In this document: positions 28,892 to 38,249 of the stretch, in pieces
Layout of the letters: each line of letters starts with the position of its first letter
Position numbering within the stretch: the first letter of the stretch is position 1
Source of the DNA: Acidobacteriota bacterium
GTDB taxonomy: Bacteria > Acidobacteriota > UBA6911 > RPQK01 > JAJDTT01
Assembly (NCBI GenBank): GCA_965217775.1
Contig: CBDCJH010000002.1
Coordinates: forward strand, 288,001-352,000
Direction of reading: 5' to 3'
DNA length: 64,000 bases
Translations under genes and position numbers: made by a program
The notes under the pieces: generated by a model
Databases searched by the model: none
Seen by the model: only the letters and a program-made list of their open reading frames with translations
Told to the model about the DNA's origin: nothing

Positions 28892-30366
28892 CAGCCCGTG
28901 GCAAAAGGCCTGATTTCTCCGGCTATTGTTCTTTCTGCAAGCTGACGCGGAGATGGTTTATTGATGGGTCCGAGAAGCTAAAACTGCAAATCGAGCCGGA
29001 TCGCCGCGCAAAAGCGCTCCCAGAGCCGATTCCAGCCGATCCAGTGGCCCATTTTCGCCGAAAAATGCGTAAAAAGCCGGCCCCGGATGCGGCCCTGGAG
29101 ACTTCGAGGCGTACCCACCCCCGTCAGGTGGCGCATCAGCAATCCCAGATTGAATCCACACACATGGATCAGCAGTCGCTTGCGCACGTTCGCGTGGCCC
29201 CGGACGAAGATCCGACGCAACCCTCCCGTGCCGAACTGGTGCGCGAACGGTCGCTCCACCAACTCGCTCCGCTGCCGTTGCAACCGTCGCCCCCGCCTCC
29301 CCCGGATTCGTCTCCGAGCGCGCGTACACCGGCGCCTGGTACTTCCGGTTCTTCCCCTTCCAGTTCCGCCGGCCCCGATCCGTTTCCGACAGATACCCCC
29401 GCAGCCCCTGCTCCTTCAACCCCAGAACCGTCTCGTTGCTGTGGTAGCCCTTGTCGGCCACCACTTCCCGGACCTCCGCTCCCGACCCGACCGCATTCAC
29501 CTCCTCTTTCGCCATCCGGAGCGTTCCACCCATCGTCTGAGTGTCCCCCAACTCCTCCGGCGCCGTCACCGCCACCACCGCCCCCGTCTCCAGGTCCACC
29601 GCCTCTTCCACCTTGTGTCCCAATCGGGTCCGCCCGTCCTTCAGCTTCGTGATCTTCGCGTCCGGATCGTGCGGATTCACCCATTCCTTGTTGCTCGTCT
29701 TCTTCTTGCGCTTGCGGTCGAATCGAACCAGTTCCTCCCGGGTCGGTGTCGGGACCCCCGAGGCTTCCGCCAATCCCCTCACGAACGTCTCATAGTCTTT
29801 CCCCGTGTCCCGGCGCACCAGGCTGCGCATCGCCGCGTTCGCTTCCAATGTCGTCGCGTCGATCCCGATCGTCTTCCCCTGCACCAGTCCCGCGTCCGAC
29901 AACTGCTTCAGCACCCAGCGGAACACCTCCCCGTGTGTCTCCACGTCGATCCGCCGCCGCGTCCGCGACAAGGTGGAGTGATTCGGGGGCGTCTCCTCCG
30001 GATCCAAGTCCAGAAACGCCCGCACACTCATCGAATCCGCCACTCGCCACGCCATGGCCCGTTCCGAGTTCAGCCCTTCGAAGTACCCCACCAGCAGCAT
30101 CCGGAAATACCGTCCGGGGCGCAGACTCGGCCGCCCGATCCCGTCGGCGTAAAACCGCGCACACAGTCCTTCCACGAAGGCGTCGAACCCCACTGTCTCC
30201 AGCACTTTGTTCAATCGCTCGTAGAAGGGATGCCCCGGACTCCGAGGCAGTTTCTGGGTCGCGACCCACATCCCTCGCTGCCGCCCTCCAGACGGTTTCT
30301 TCCCCATGGCCATAATGTCATTTTATGTCAGAAATCTGACTTTTCCCGGACTTTTGCCACGGGCTG
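28892..30366 (-). mobile_element. IS1182-family element, copy 2 (apparently identical to copy 1)
   Basis: Same TIRs, same length and identical ORF translations at offset 6437; flanks TTAG / CTAG. Confidence 0.88.
28978..30313 (-). pseudogene. IS1182-family transposase, frameshifted (same lesion as copy 1)
   Basis: ORF track gives the same 451-aa and 101-aa products as at 22521-23876 and 22541-22846. Confidence 0.8.
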
Positions 30367-30597
30367 CTAGTAGGCTGGACCGAACAATTGGAAGGGAAAA
30401 CTCCCAAGGCGATAATTATCAACGTGGGGAAGAAGCCTCCTCCAGATTGACCCTTCACCCGTGCCATAATCCCCGACCAAGCTCCTGACCCGGAGCAACT
30501 AGGCCCCGCTACTGTCAAGCTGCGCCCACCATGACGACCCGGACGCGGTCGTGGCGGGGCCTTCCACAAAAACTCTAGCTCGGAAAGGATCAATGCG

Positions 30598-30732
30598 ATG
30601 CCCCCACAAACCTACCACTTTCCGTTCACCCGCACGGTTATTTCCGTCGTCATCGGCCTCATCGTCTACGACTTGCTCACGCTGGTAGTCACCGCGTTGG
30701 TAACGGTGATCACGAACTTCGTGATAGGCTGA
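30598..30732 (+). CDS. 44-aa hydrophobic peptide (not in the ORF track)
   Basis: MPPQTYHFPFTRTVISVVIGLIVYDLLTLVVTALVTVITNFVIG*, preceded by GAAAGGA and abutting the next ORF. Confidence 0.45.
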   Translation: MPPQTYHFPFTRTVISVVIGLIVYDLLTLVVTALVTVITNFVIG

Positions 30733-30930
30733 GTGATGCAAAACGTAGACTTCTGGATGAAGAATGACAGGGGTCGTTTCCACCTCCACCTTGAAGGCGA
30801 AGGCCCATCGAAACTCAACATGAAGGTGGGGTGGAAGGATCAGAACTGCAATGCGGCGTTGAGTAGGCGTGAGGCCAGGGCGTTGGCCTGGATGCTGCTA
30901 TATCTATCGGAGGACATAAGCTGGCGTTGA
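30733..30930 (+). CDS. Hypothetical 65-aa protein
   Basis: Starts directly after the previous stop; LSRREARALAWML helix of the kind seen in small mobile-element proteins. Confidence 0.4.
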   Translation: MMQNVDFWMKNDRGRFHLHLEGEGPSKLNMKVGWKDQNCNAALSRREARALAWMLLYLSEDISWR

Positions 30931-31052
30931 GCAGGTGGTAGAATGAACGATGGCAGGATAGCACAATGGCAATGCGCCAGCTTGAGGAGTTGCGGCCTCT
31001 CTCGTGGAGATGTGGGCTCGATTCCCATTTGGATCAACGGATGGAGGAATTA

Positions 31053-33821
31053 ATGAACTACGCTTACTGGAGGAAATGTGATTTTCAAGTGCATAGTCCT
31101 AGAGATCCAAACTGGACGGGGCCGAGTTTGGCAGGTGATGCTGAACGATTGCAATGGGCTAGAGAGTTCATTGACCAATGCGTTTCTAAACAACTAAAGG
31201 CAGTAGCACTCACGGATCATAACGACATGGTTATGGCGCCCTTTGTACAGAAAGCTATCGAGGAGCGAAAGGGGAATGATCCCGAGTTCGATCTTTGGTT
31301 CTTTCCTGGAATGGAGATTACGGCAAGGGGAAGGAAGCAATGTATCATCATCTTTGACACCGATCTCTCAGAAGAACGTCGTGAACAAGTCCAAGGAAAG
31401 CTAGGAATTTTATATCCCGATAGTCAAGAGGATCAGGTTGCTCCATCCCCGGTAAGACAACTGGAGGTTAGCTATCCACAGATTGCTTCCCTACTTGATG
31501 AACTGGAAGGCTTGCGCGGTAAGTACATTGTCCTGCCTAATGTCTCACAGGGCGGCAGCCATACGGTCTTAACTCACGGTGAACATAAGGATTTTCTTAG
31601 TATGCCCTATTTCGGGGGCTATCTCGACGGAGGGCAGACCATAGAAACACTCGGACAGCGAAACCGCCGTCGACTGTCGGGCAATAATTCGACGTGGTCC
31701 CGCAGGTTTATTTATCCACTCCCAACTTCAGATAGCCGATCGGCAGACTTTAGTACGCTCGGAACAAATGATACTTGGATTAAAGTTGCCGAGCCAACTG
31801 CCGAGGCAATAAGACAGGCATTTCTTGCCCATCAGTCCAGAATTCGGATCGAAAAACCGAATCTCCCATCTTCTGTAATCACTAAAGTAAGGGTTGAGTC
31901 CTCGACGATATTAGACACAACGGTTCTGGAACTCAGTCCCGAGTTCAACGCAATTATCGGTGGCCGAGGGAGCGGAAAGAGTACTTTTTTGGAGTACGTA
32001 GCATTTGTGCTAGGCAGAAGCAGTTCCGACATGCCTCGTGACCACTACGCAGGAACTAAACGTATGCGCACTTTGATCGACTTGTTCCGATTGAAAAATG
32101 GGTGCGTATCTCTAGAGTTCAAATTGGATAATTCCCTGTTTCGTATTGTTCGGGAACCGGGGACCTCATATCGACCCAAAATCATCTATGAGGACAAGAC
32201 GGAACGAATCGTGTCGGATCAGGAGTTGCGTCGTCTATTTCCGGCAGTTGTCTACAGCCAGGGCGAACTAGCAGACGTCGGCGGACGAAATGGCAGCAAA
32301 ACTCAACTGTCTGATCTTCTGCAATTTGTTGACCCCAATTACAAGCGTAAGGATGACCAGTCTCGTTCAGCTATCAAATCCGCTAAGGGTGCAGTTAGGT
32401 CGGCAATCCGAATGGTTGTCCAACATTGGGAATTGCTGTCGCGTCGTCGCCAACTACAAACTAAGACTGCCTCCCTGATCCAACGTGCCGAGGCTTTGGA
32501 GAAGACTCTTCCAAAGAGATCCGAAGAGGATAATGCCATTCTTACACACTACGACGCTGCAACGAAATTCAACGTGAAGGTTACTCAAGCATCGCAACAC
32601 ATTGATAAACTACTACAGCGTCTTAGTGTCGTTGATTCGGAGTTGCGATCTGAACGTGATCTGACAACATCTCTGGACGGCATCGCCACCACGATACAGG
32701 AGAGATATCGTGACTTTTACATGGCGTTCAAGTCAGGTATGACGAGAATGTTGGATAGGCTAAGGTCGAAACGCACTGCTTTCAAGACACTTGAAGATAA
32801 GTGGAAGTTGGGTTATAAGGACGTGTCGAAACGGCGAAAAAGTGTGCTGGAGAAGTTCGGAAACCAACAGGCCGTCACAAGTCAAATCATCAAGCTTCGC
32901 GATGAGATTACCCAACTCCAGAACCAGATCACGAACTTTGAGGAGAAAATAAAGGTTAGTGATAATCCCTTGAATCGTTTGAGGTCGAGCATCGACGAGC
33001 TTCGGAGGATTAGTGATGAGCGGGATCGCCGTACTCAGGAATGGGCGGCAACAATCGAAAGCCTGTCTAGCGGGAAGATCAAGGCAACAGTCACACTCGC
33101 GGATGATATTGAGGAAATCCGAGAGGCAATAGATATCGTTGCAGCTAAGACACGTTCATATGAGTCAATCCGTCGACGTAATTTGGATCAGGCTCTCAAG
33201 GGTCGAAGTGCATCAAAATTAATCGATGATCTCCGGCAAGACTGTTTAAATCTACTCGAGTGGCGTCAGATGGGGGAGCCGTACGGTGAAAATCGACCGA
33301 AGTGCTCAAACCTTATGAGTCTCCTAGGTGAGACAAAGAACATTCGTGATTTGGTGACTAAACTCATGGACCCAGAAAGGGCGGGGGCAATCGCAACGGC
33401 TATTGCAAAGCCGGGAATTGCCCTTCACTTCTGCGACGGGAATCGCGAGATCTCTTTCGATAATGCATCCGATGGACAGCGTGCGGCAGCTTTACTATTC
33501 ATGTTGTTGGAACAGTCGAGCGGGCCGCTAATCATTGACCAGCCCGAAGGAGATCTCGACAATAGAATCATTACGGAACTTACTGAGAAGCTGCATTTTT
33601 CGAAGGAGAAACGCCAACTTTTATTTTCAAGCCACAATGCGAATCTTATCGTTAACGGATCGGCGGAAATTGTCGGGCAACTTGATGTAACTGACGCTGG
33701 GGGGCGTCAGTTTGCGTGTATTGGAGCCATTGATCGCCCAGACGTGTGTAAGGTCATTACATCTACGATGGAAGGAGGTGAGAAGGCGTTCAGGGATCGA
33801 AAGGAGAAATACGGGTTCTAG
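31053..33821 (+). CDS. PHP-domain + SMC/ABC-type ATPase (TrlF/Ppl-like putative defence protein)
   Basis: GGAGGA RBS; WRKCDFQVHSP, ALTDHN, PGMEIT, TSDSR (PHP); Walker A GGRGSGKST, long coiled coil, signature ASDGQR, Walker B IIDQPEGDLDN, SSHNAN, MEGGEKAF; AT-richer than host. Confidence 0.85.
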   Translation: MNYAYWRKCDFQVHSPRDPNWTGPSLAGDAERLQWAREFIDQCVSKQLKAVALTDHNDMVMAPFVQKAIEERKGNDPEFDLWFFPGMEITARGRKQCIIIFDTDLSEERREQVQGKLGILYPDSQEDQVAPSPVRQLEVSYPQIASLLDELEGLRGKYIVLPNVSQGGSHTVLTHGEHKDFLSMPYFGGYLDGGQTIETLGQRNRRRLSGNNSTWSRRFIYPLPTSDSRSADFSTLGTNDTWIKVAEPTAEAIRQAFLAHQSRIRIEKPNLPSSVITKVRVESSTILDTTVLELSPEFNAIIGGRGSGKSTFLEYVAFVLGRSSSDMPRDHYAGTKRMRTLIDLFRLKNGCVSLEFKLDNSLFRIVREPGTSYRPKIIYEDKTERIVSDQELRRLFPAVVYSQGELADVGGRNGSKTQLSDLLQFVDPNYKRKDDQSRSAIKSAKGAVRSAIRMVVQHWELLSRRRQLQTKTASLIQRAEALEKTLPKRSEEDNAILTHYDAATKFNVKVTQASQHIDKLLQRLSVVDSELRSERDLTTSLDGIATTIQERYRDFYMAFKSGMTRMLDRLRSKRTAFKTLEDKWKLGYKDVSKRRKSVLEKFGNQQAVTSQIIKLRDEITQLQNQITNFEEKIKVSDNPLNRLRSSIDELRRISDERDRRTQEWAATIESLSSGKIKATVTLADDIEEIREAIDIVAAKTRSYESIRRRNLDQALKGRSASKLIDDLRQDCLNLLEWRQMGEPYGENRPKCSNLMSLLGETKNIRDLVTKLMDPERAGAIATAIAKPGIALHFCDGNREISFDNASDGQRAAALLFMLLEQSSGPLIIDQPEGDLDNRIITELTEKLHFSKEKRQLLFSSHNANLIVNGSAEIVGQLDVTDAGGRQFACIGAIDRPDVCKVITSTMEGGEKAFRDRKEKYGF

Positions 33822-33862
33822 TACGGTTATTTTGGGGATTACTAACAATAGTGCCCATGCGG

Positions 33863-34204
33863 TTATGGAATGCCGCCAATCTTCTCAAACTTGACATACA
33901 CGTCATGACCTCCAACGCACAGTTGATAGGAGGTGTCACCGCCGAAGTCGATTGGCAAGTGGGCTGTGACCGGGATGGAATCTCCAGCGTTCAGACAATT
34001 TCCAGTAACAAGTGGCACAGGGTCGTGGGCAGTCATCGTCCCATTCAAGTACAGAGATTCTTCTCTCTGGGTGTAGGTGCCGGAATATCGGACGTTTCCG
34101 CCATCAACACCGAGTACGACGCCTTGGCCGATGTATAGCACTCCAACGCCGTTGGCCACGGGAATAGGGGGATTCTCAAAACGCATGATATACAAAGCAC
34201 TCAT
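33863..34204 (-). CDS. Small all-beta protein, GrlR-like
   Basis: AAGGAGG RBS then MSALYIMRF...GVGVLYIGQGVVLGVDGGNVRYSGTY; pattern resembles the GrlR family; stop 6 nt inside the TIR. Confidence 0.55.
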   Translation of the reverse strand: MSALYIMRFENPPIPVANGVGVLYIGQGVVLGVDGGNVRYSGTYTQREESLYLNGTMTAHDPVPLVTGNCLNAGDSIPVTAHLPIDFGGDTSYQLCVGGHDVYVKFEKIGGIP

Positions 34205-34289
34205 ATTTCCCTCCTTGCAGTGAAAACATACCTCTCCCCCAAAAACGCGCATGATCGGCGTGGCACGCACACCCCGTCAATCATGTAAC

Positions 34290-34540
34290 TGACCAGGAGT
34301 GCGCCCAGGCGCCATGGTTGCTCCTGGTTGCCGGTTGGGGGAAGATCGGAAGCGGAAGCGGACAAGTGGACGCTTTCTTTTCGGTGTTTTTATACCCGTT
34401 CCTAAAACTGTCCCGACCGACGGCTCGTACCCTGCCTTGTTCCCGGTTCGACCGTGGACGTACAGCAAAATGCGCCGCATCCTCCGGGATGTGTGTCGGC
34501 TCTCCGAAGGTCGCCGCTTCCGCTTCACTCACCCCCAATG
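34290..34540 (+). ncRNA. Candidate IS110 bridge RNA (structured non-coding left end)
   Basis: Hairpin ACCAGGAG/CTCCTGGT, long-range stems TTGGGGG/CCCCCAA and GAAGCGGAAGCGG/CCGCTTCCGCTTC (34349-34361 with 34514-34526) upstream of the IS110 ORF. Confidence 0.5.
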
Positions 34541-34555
34541 GAAGGAGGAGATCTG

Positions 34556-35810
34556 ATGGTACACACCGATACGATGCATGTCATCCATGCTCGCGCCGCC
34601 GGGCTGGATGTCCACAAGATGGAGATCACCGCGACCGTGCGCCGGGCTCGTCCCGGCACCGAAGCGGACGTGTTCACCGAGGCGTTCAGCGCCTTGCCGA
34701 GCGGATTGAAGGCCCTGGTGGCGTGGTTGCGACACCATCAGGTCAGCGCCGCGCTGATGGAAGGGACCGGGGTCTACTGGGAGGTAGTGTATACGGCACT
34801 GGAGCAGGCGGGCCTGGGCCCGTTGCTGGTCCATGCGCAGCACGTCAAGCAGGTCAAGGGCCGCAAGACCGATGTCGCCGACAGCCTGCGGCTGGCGCGC
34901 GTCTGCCAGTTCGGTCTCTGTTCCCCCAGTCTGGTGCCCCCGGCTTCGTTCCGGGCCCTGCGCAAGGTCTCGCGCCTGCGCCGCCAAGTGGTGCGCGAAC
35001 GGGCGCGGGTGCGCAACCGCATCCACAAGATCCTCGATGCGGCGGGGCTGCGCATCGGCGGGATCCTCTCGAACCTGTTCGGCGTCAATGGCCTGCGCCT
35101 GCTCGACGGTCTGCTCGCGGGACGAACCAAGGAGGACCTGCTCGCTTCGCTCTCGCACCATGTCCGGCGCCATCTGGGAGCCCTATGTGACGCCTTGTCC
35201 ACGAACTTGGATCCGGACGGGCGTTTCCTCCTGCGCGACCAATTGCGGGCATTCCACGACACCAACGCGCGCCTCGCCGACTACGACCGGCGCCTTGAGG
35301 ACGGACTTGCCGAATTCCGCGACCGGATCCATCTGCTGATGACCATTCCCGGGGTCGACCGCGCCAGCGCCAACGCGATCCTCGTCGAACTCGGCCCCGA
35401 CATCGGCGTGTTCGGGTCATCTCGCCATTGTGCCGCCTGGGCCGGCGTGTGTCCGAGCAACAACCAGAGCGCCGGCAAACGCCGGCACGGCCGCACCCGC
35501 CGGGGCAACCTCACCCTGCGCGAAGTCCTCATCGAATGCGCCCACGCCGCCGCCAGAACCCACCACTGCCAGTTCCGAGCTACCACAAGGCGCTCACCGT
35601 GCGCCGCGGCAATAAACGCGCGACCGTTGCCACCGCGCACAAGCTGCTTCGGGTCATCTACGCTGTCCTGACGGCCAACCTCCCCTACCGGGACCCGGAA
35701 ATGGACTATGAGGCGCAACTGGTCAAACGCAATGCGCTGCGCTGGATCCGAATGCTGCGGAAATATCACATCGATCCCGCCACCGGGGAGGTGACCAGGA
35801 CCGCCGCCTG
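34556..35810 (+). pseudogene. IS110-family recombinase, frameshift near 35580
   Basis: AAGLDVHK, MEGTGVYW, GRKTDVADS, LMTIPGV, AAWAGVCPSNNQSAGK; tail YHKALTVRRGNKRATVATAHKLLRVIY in another frame; 3' end uncertain. Confidence 0.82.
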
Positions 35811-35983
35811 GCCCGAACCCAGGCGCTACGGCGGCTCGAGGGGGCCGCCACGGAGGCCGGATGCAGGGACGCCTCCTCACCGGTCCTCACCGCCGCTACG
35901 CAACACTGACTCGATCTGTATTGGAGGGCTCAGCGCCCTTCCGAGGTGCCCGTCCGTCTACGTCCCAAGAGAGTTACACAGCA

Positions 35984-36571
35984 AAGTCAGCGTGGTTCAT
36001 GGCACACCGGCTCCGGCAAGCCTGGAACACCCAGCCGGAAAATCGGTTTAAGGGTCCGGTAGAACCGGATGAGACCTACATGGGCGGCAAGCGCAAGAAC
36101 ATGAGCAAGGCCCGGAGAAAGAAGATCACGGGTAGCGGACCTGTCGGAAAGACCGCCGTGGTCGCCATGAAGGATCGGCTCTCCAACGAGGTTCGAACCA
36201 AGGTCGTCCCCAACACCAAGGCCGAGACTCTGCGCGGATTCGTCCTGGACAATACCGAGCCGGAAGCGAAGATCTACACGGACGAAGCTCTGGCGTACAA
36301 GGCACTCCCGAATCGGGAAGCCGTCAGGCACGCCAATTTCGAGTACGTCAGAGGTCAGGTGCATACTGACGGGGTTAAATCCTTCTGGAGCTTGCTGAAA
36401 CGGGCGCACGTCGGAACGTTCCGCAAGCTCTCTCGGCGTCATTTGGATAGGTATGTCGCCGAGTTCGCCGGTCGCCACAACATGAGGGACAAAGACACCC
36501 TTGCGCAGATATCCGAGATCGCTTCCCGCATGGTGGGCAAACGGCTCCGTTACCGGGAGTTGGTAGGGTGA
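35984..36571 (+). pseudogene. IS1595-family transposase, C-terminal part only
   Basis: KSAWFMAHRLR, VEPDETYMGG, GKTAV, IYTDE, HTDGVKSFWSLLKR, YVAEFAGRHN; N-terminal Zn ribbon not found on the other side of IS110. Confidence 0.82.
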
Positions 36572-37449
36572 GCCAAGCCGCGTACGCGCCACGGCTGACG
36601 CGATACCGCTTCCTCCACGGAGACTCGTTCGACTGGCTCTCAAACGCAGACCGCTGTTCGATTCACGCAGTTGTCACTGACCCTCCTTTTGGTCTGATTG
36701 AGTACTCACCCAAAGAACTGAAAAAACGCCGGAACGGGAACGGCGGGGTATGGAGAATCCCCCCGGCATTTGATGGGTGCAAGCGTAGACCTGTCCCCAG
36801 GTTTACCGTCTTGAAAAACAAGGATCGGGTTGCCATCCGGGAGTTTTTCAGTCAGCTTTCTTCACTGCTTCTGCCTGTCCTGGTTCCTGGTGCTCACGTC
36901 TTCATTGCATCGAATCCGTTGCTGTCTCACTTAGTGTTTGAGCCCTTCGTGTCGGCAGGATTCGAGAAGCGGGGAGAATTGATTCGGATCGTCCACACTC
37001 TTCGCGGGGGAGACCGGCCAAAGAACGCCCACAAGGAATTCTCCGATGTGACGGTCATGCCGAAATCCTGCTTTGAACCATGGGGCATCTTCAGAAAGCC
37101 GTGCGAAGGCCGGGTCCAAGACAACCTTAGAAAGTGGGGAACTGGTGGACTGCGGCGACTGTCAGAACAAAAACCGTTCTGCGACTTGGTGCAGTCATCA
37201 CCGGCCCGAGGCTATGAGCGGAAGATCGCTCCTCACCCATCGTTAAAGCCACAGGCGTTTCTAAGACACGTCGTGCGTGCTAGCCTCCCGTTGGGAAAAG
37301 GGATCGTTCTGGACCCGTTTGCCGGATCAGGGTCCACAATGGCAGCGGCCGAAGCGTGCGGGCTTTCAAGTATTGGACTGGAGCACAATTCGGAATACTA
37401 CGAAATGGGACTCGAAGCCATCCCAATGCTTGCCGCATTAGAGGTCTGA
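36568..37449 (+). CDS. Beta-class N4/N6 DNA methyltransferase
   Basis: HGDS, VVTDPPF, HPSLKP, VLDPFAGSGST in beta order; GTGA overlap with transposase stop. Confidence 0.9.
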   Translation: MSQAAYAPRLTRYRFLHGDSFDWLSNADRCSIHAVVTDPPFGLIEYSPKELKKRRNGNGGVWRIPPAFDGCKRRPVPRFTVLKNKDRVAIREFFSQLSSLLLPVLVPGAHVFIASNPLLSHLVFEPFVSAGFEKRGELIRIVHTLRGGDRPKNAHKEFSDVTVMPKSCFEPWGIFRKPCEGRVQDNLRKWGTGGLRRLSEQKPFCDLVQSSPARGYERKIAPHPSLKPQAFLRHVVRASLPLGKGIVLDPFAGSGSTMAAAEACGLSSIGLEHNSEYYEMGLEAIPMLAALEV

Positions 37450-37452
37450 AAA

Positions 37453-38058
37453 ATGGCCTTCGACCGAGACGTTGCACTCCCCGCGGGTCTGGAACTATCG
37501 GCTATCAGGAAGGCTATTCTCTACATCGAGAAGGAATTGGGGGACCAGCACTTCATTGATCTGTATCTCGAACAGGCCAACATCTTTAGTGCCCTTGTCA
37601 GCATGTTTGGGACCAAGGCGCTAGATAGCGTCAGCAATTACGAGAAGCACAAGCACAGTGATACCTCTCAGCAAAGATTCCCTGACCTGCGTCGAAGGGG
37701 GTCTCCTCTTCCCACACCTCCAGCTGACGCACTGGAGAGCAAAGGGAGCAAGAGGCCGTGGTCGATCCAGTCCCACTACAATCATGAAGGCTGGTACATC
37801 GTATGGCGTTATCTGGTCGATTTGACAGCCACTATCGAGCCCGGACGAAAACTCGTCGTTTGGAGAGTTGATGTCGTCTACCTTCGAGAAGATGATTGGA
37901 AGTACGAATCCAGCCGAGCGCGGTCCGGGAAAGGTGGAAGGACTCACACATTCGGCGTGAAGCGTCCGGCGACTAGGTTGAGAGGTTGTGCGGTATTCAA
38001 GCGTCCCGACATCATCATACGACAGGGAAAGCCGGTCCCGATCAACGGAGAATCATGA
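37453..38058 (+). CDS. Putative type II restriction endonuclease (PD-(D/E)xK)
   Basis: RFPDL...ALESKG motif; directly downstream of the methyltransferase. Confidence 0.68.
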   Translation: MAFDRDVALPAGLELSAIRKAILYIEKELGDQHFIDLYLEQANIFSALVSMFGTKALDSVSNYEKHKHSDTSQQRFPDLRRRGSPLPTPPADALESKGSKRPWSIQSHYNHEGWYIVWRYLVDLTATIEPGRKLVVWRVDVVYLREDDWKYESSRARSGKGGRTHTFGVKRPATRLRGCAVFKRPDIIIRQGKPVPINGES

Positions 38059-38249
38059 AGCGAAAACCCAGACCTTGGCCCGTAGAACTCGTCAAATCCA
38101 CCTACCAGCCTACCAAGGCCGAGAAGGAAGAAGAGATCAGCCTGGATATCCCTGGCCGCACAATAGCGGACCGAATGTCACGCCTCGCCAAATCCGTGAA
38201 AGGGCCGATCAAGCCCCGGTGGATCAACCGGCCTCGAAGCCGCCGCTAG
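38055..38249 (+). CDS. Small conserved IS1595-associated protein (ELVKxxYQPTKAE), 64 aa
   Basis: GGAG RBS, ATGA overlap; homologous to 25019-25201; ends 10 nt inside the TIR. Confidence 0.75.
   Translation: MKRKPRPWPVELVKSTYQPTKAEKEEEISLDIPGRTIADRMSRLAKSVKGPIKPRWINRPRSRR

Larger units (their letters stand above)
34282..35983 (+). mobile_element. IS110-family element inserted in IS1595 element 2
   Basis: DEDD recombinase gene, short subterminal inverted repeat TGTAACT (34284) / AGTTACA (35972), CA at both junctions; IS1595 transposase resumes right after. Boundaries approximate. Confidence 0.7.

Noticed and set aside
30464-30474. CATAATCCCC as the partner end for the orphan IS1595 repeat at 26758
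   Set aside because: Only 8 nt match and the flanks show no target duplication.
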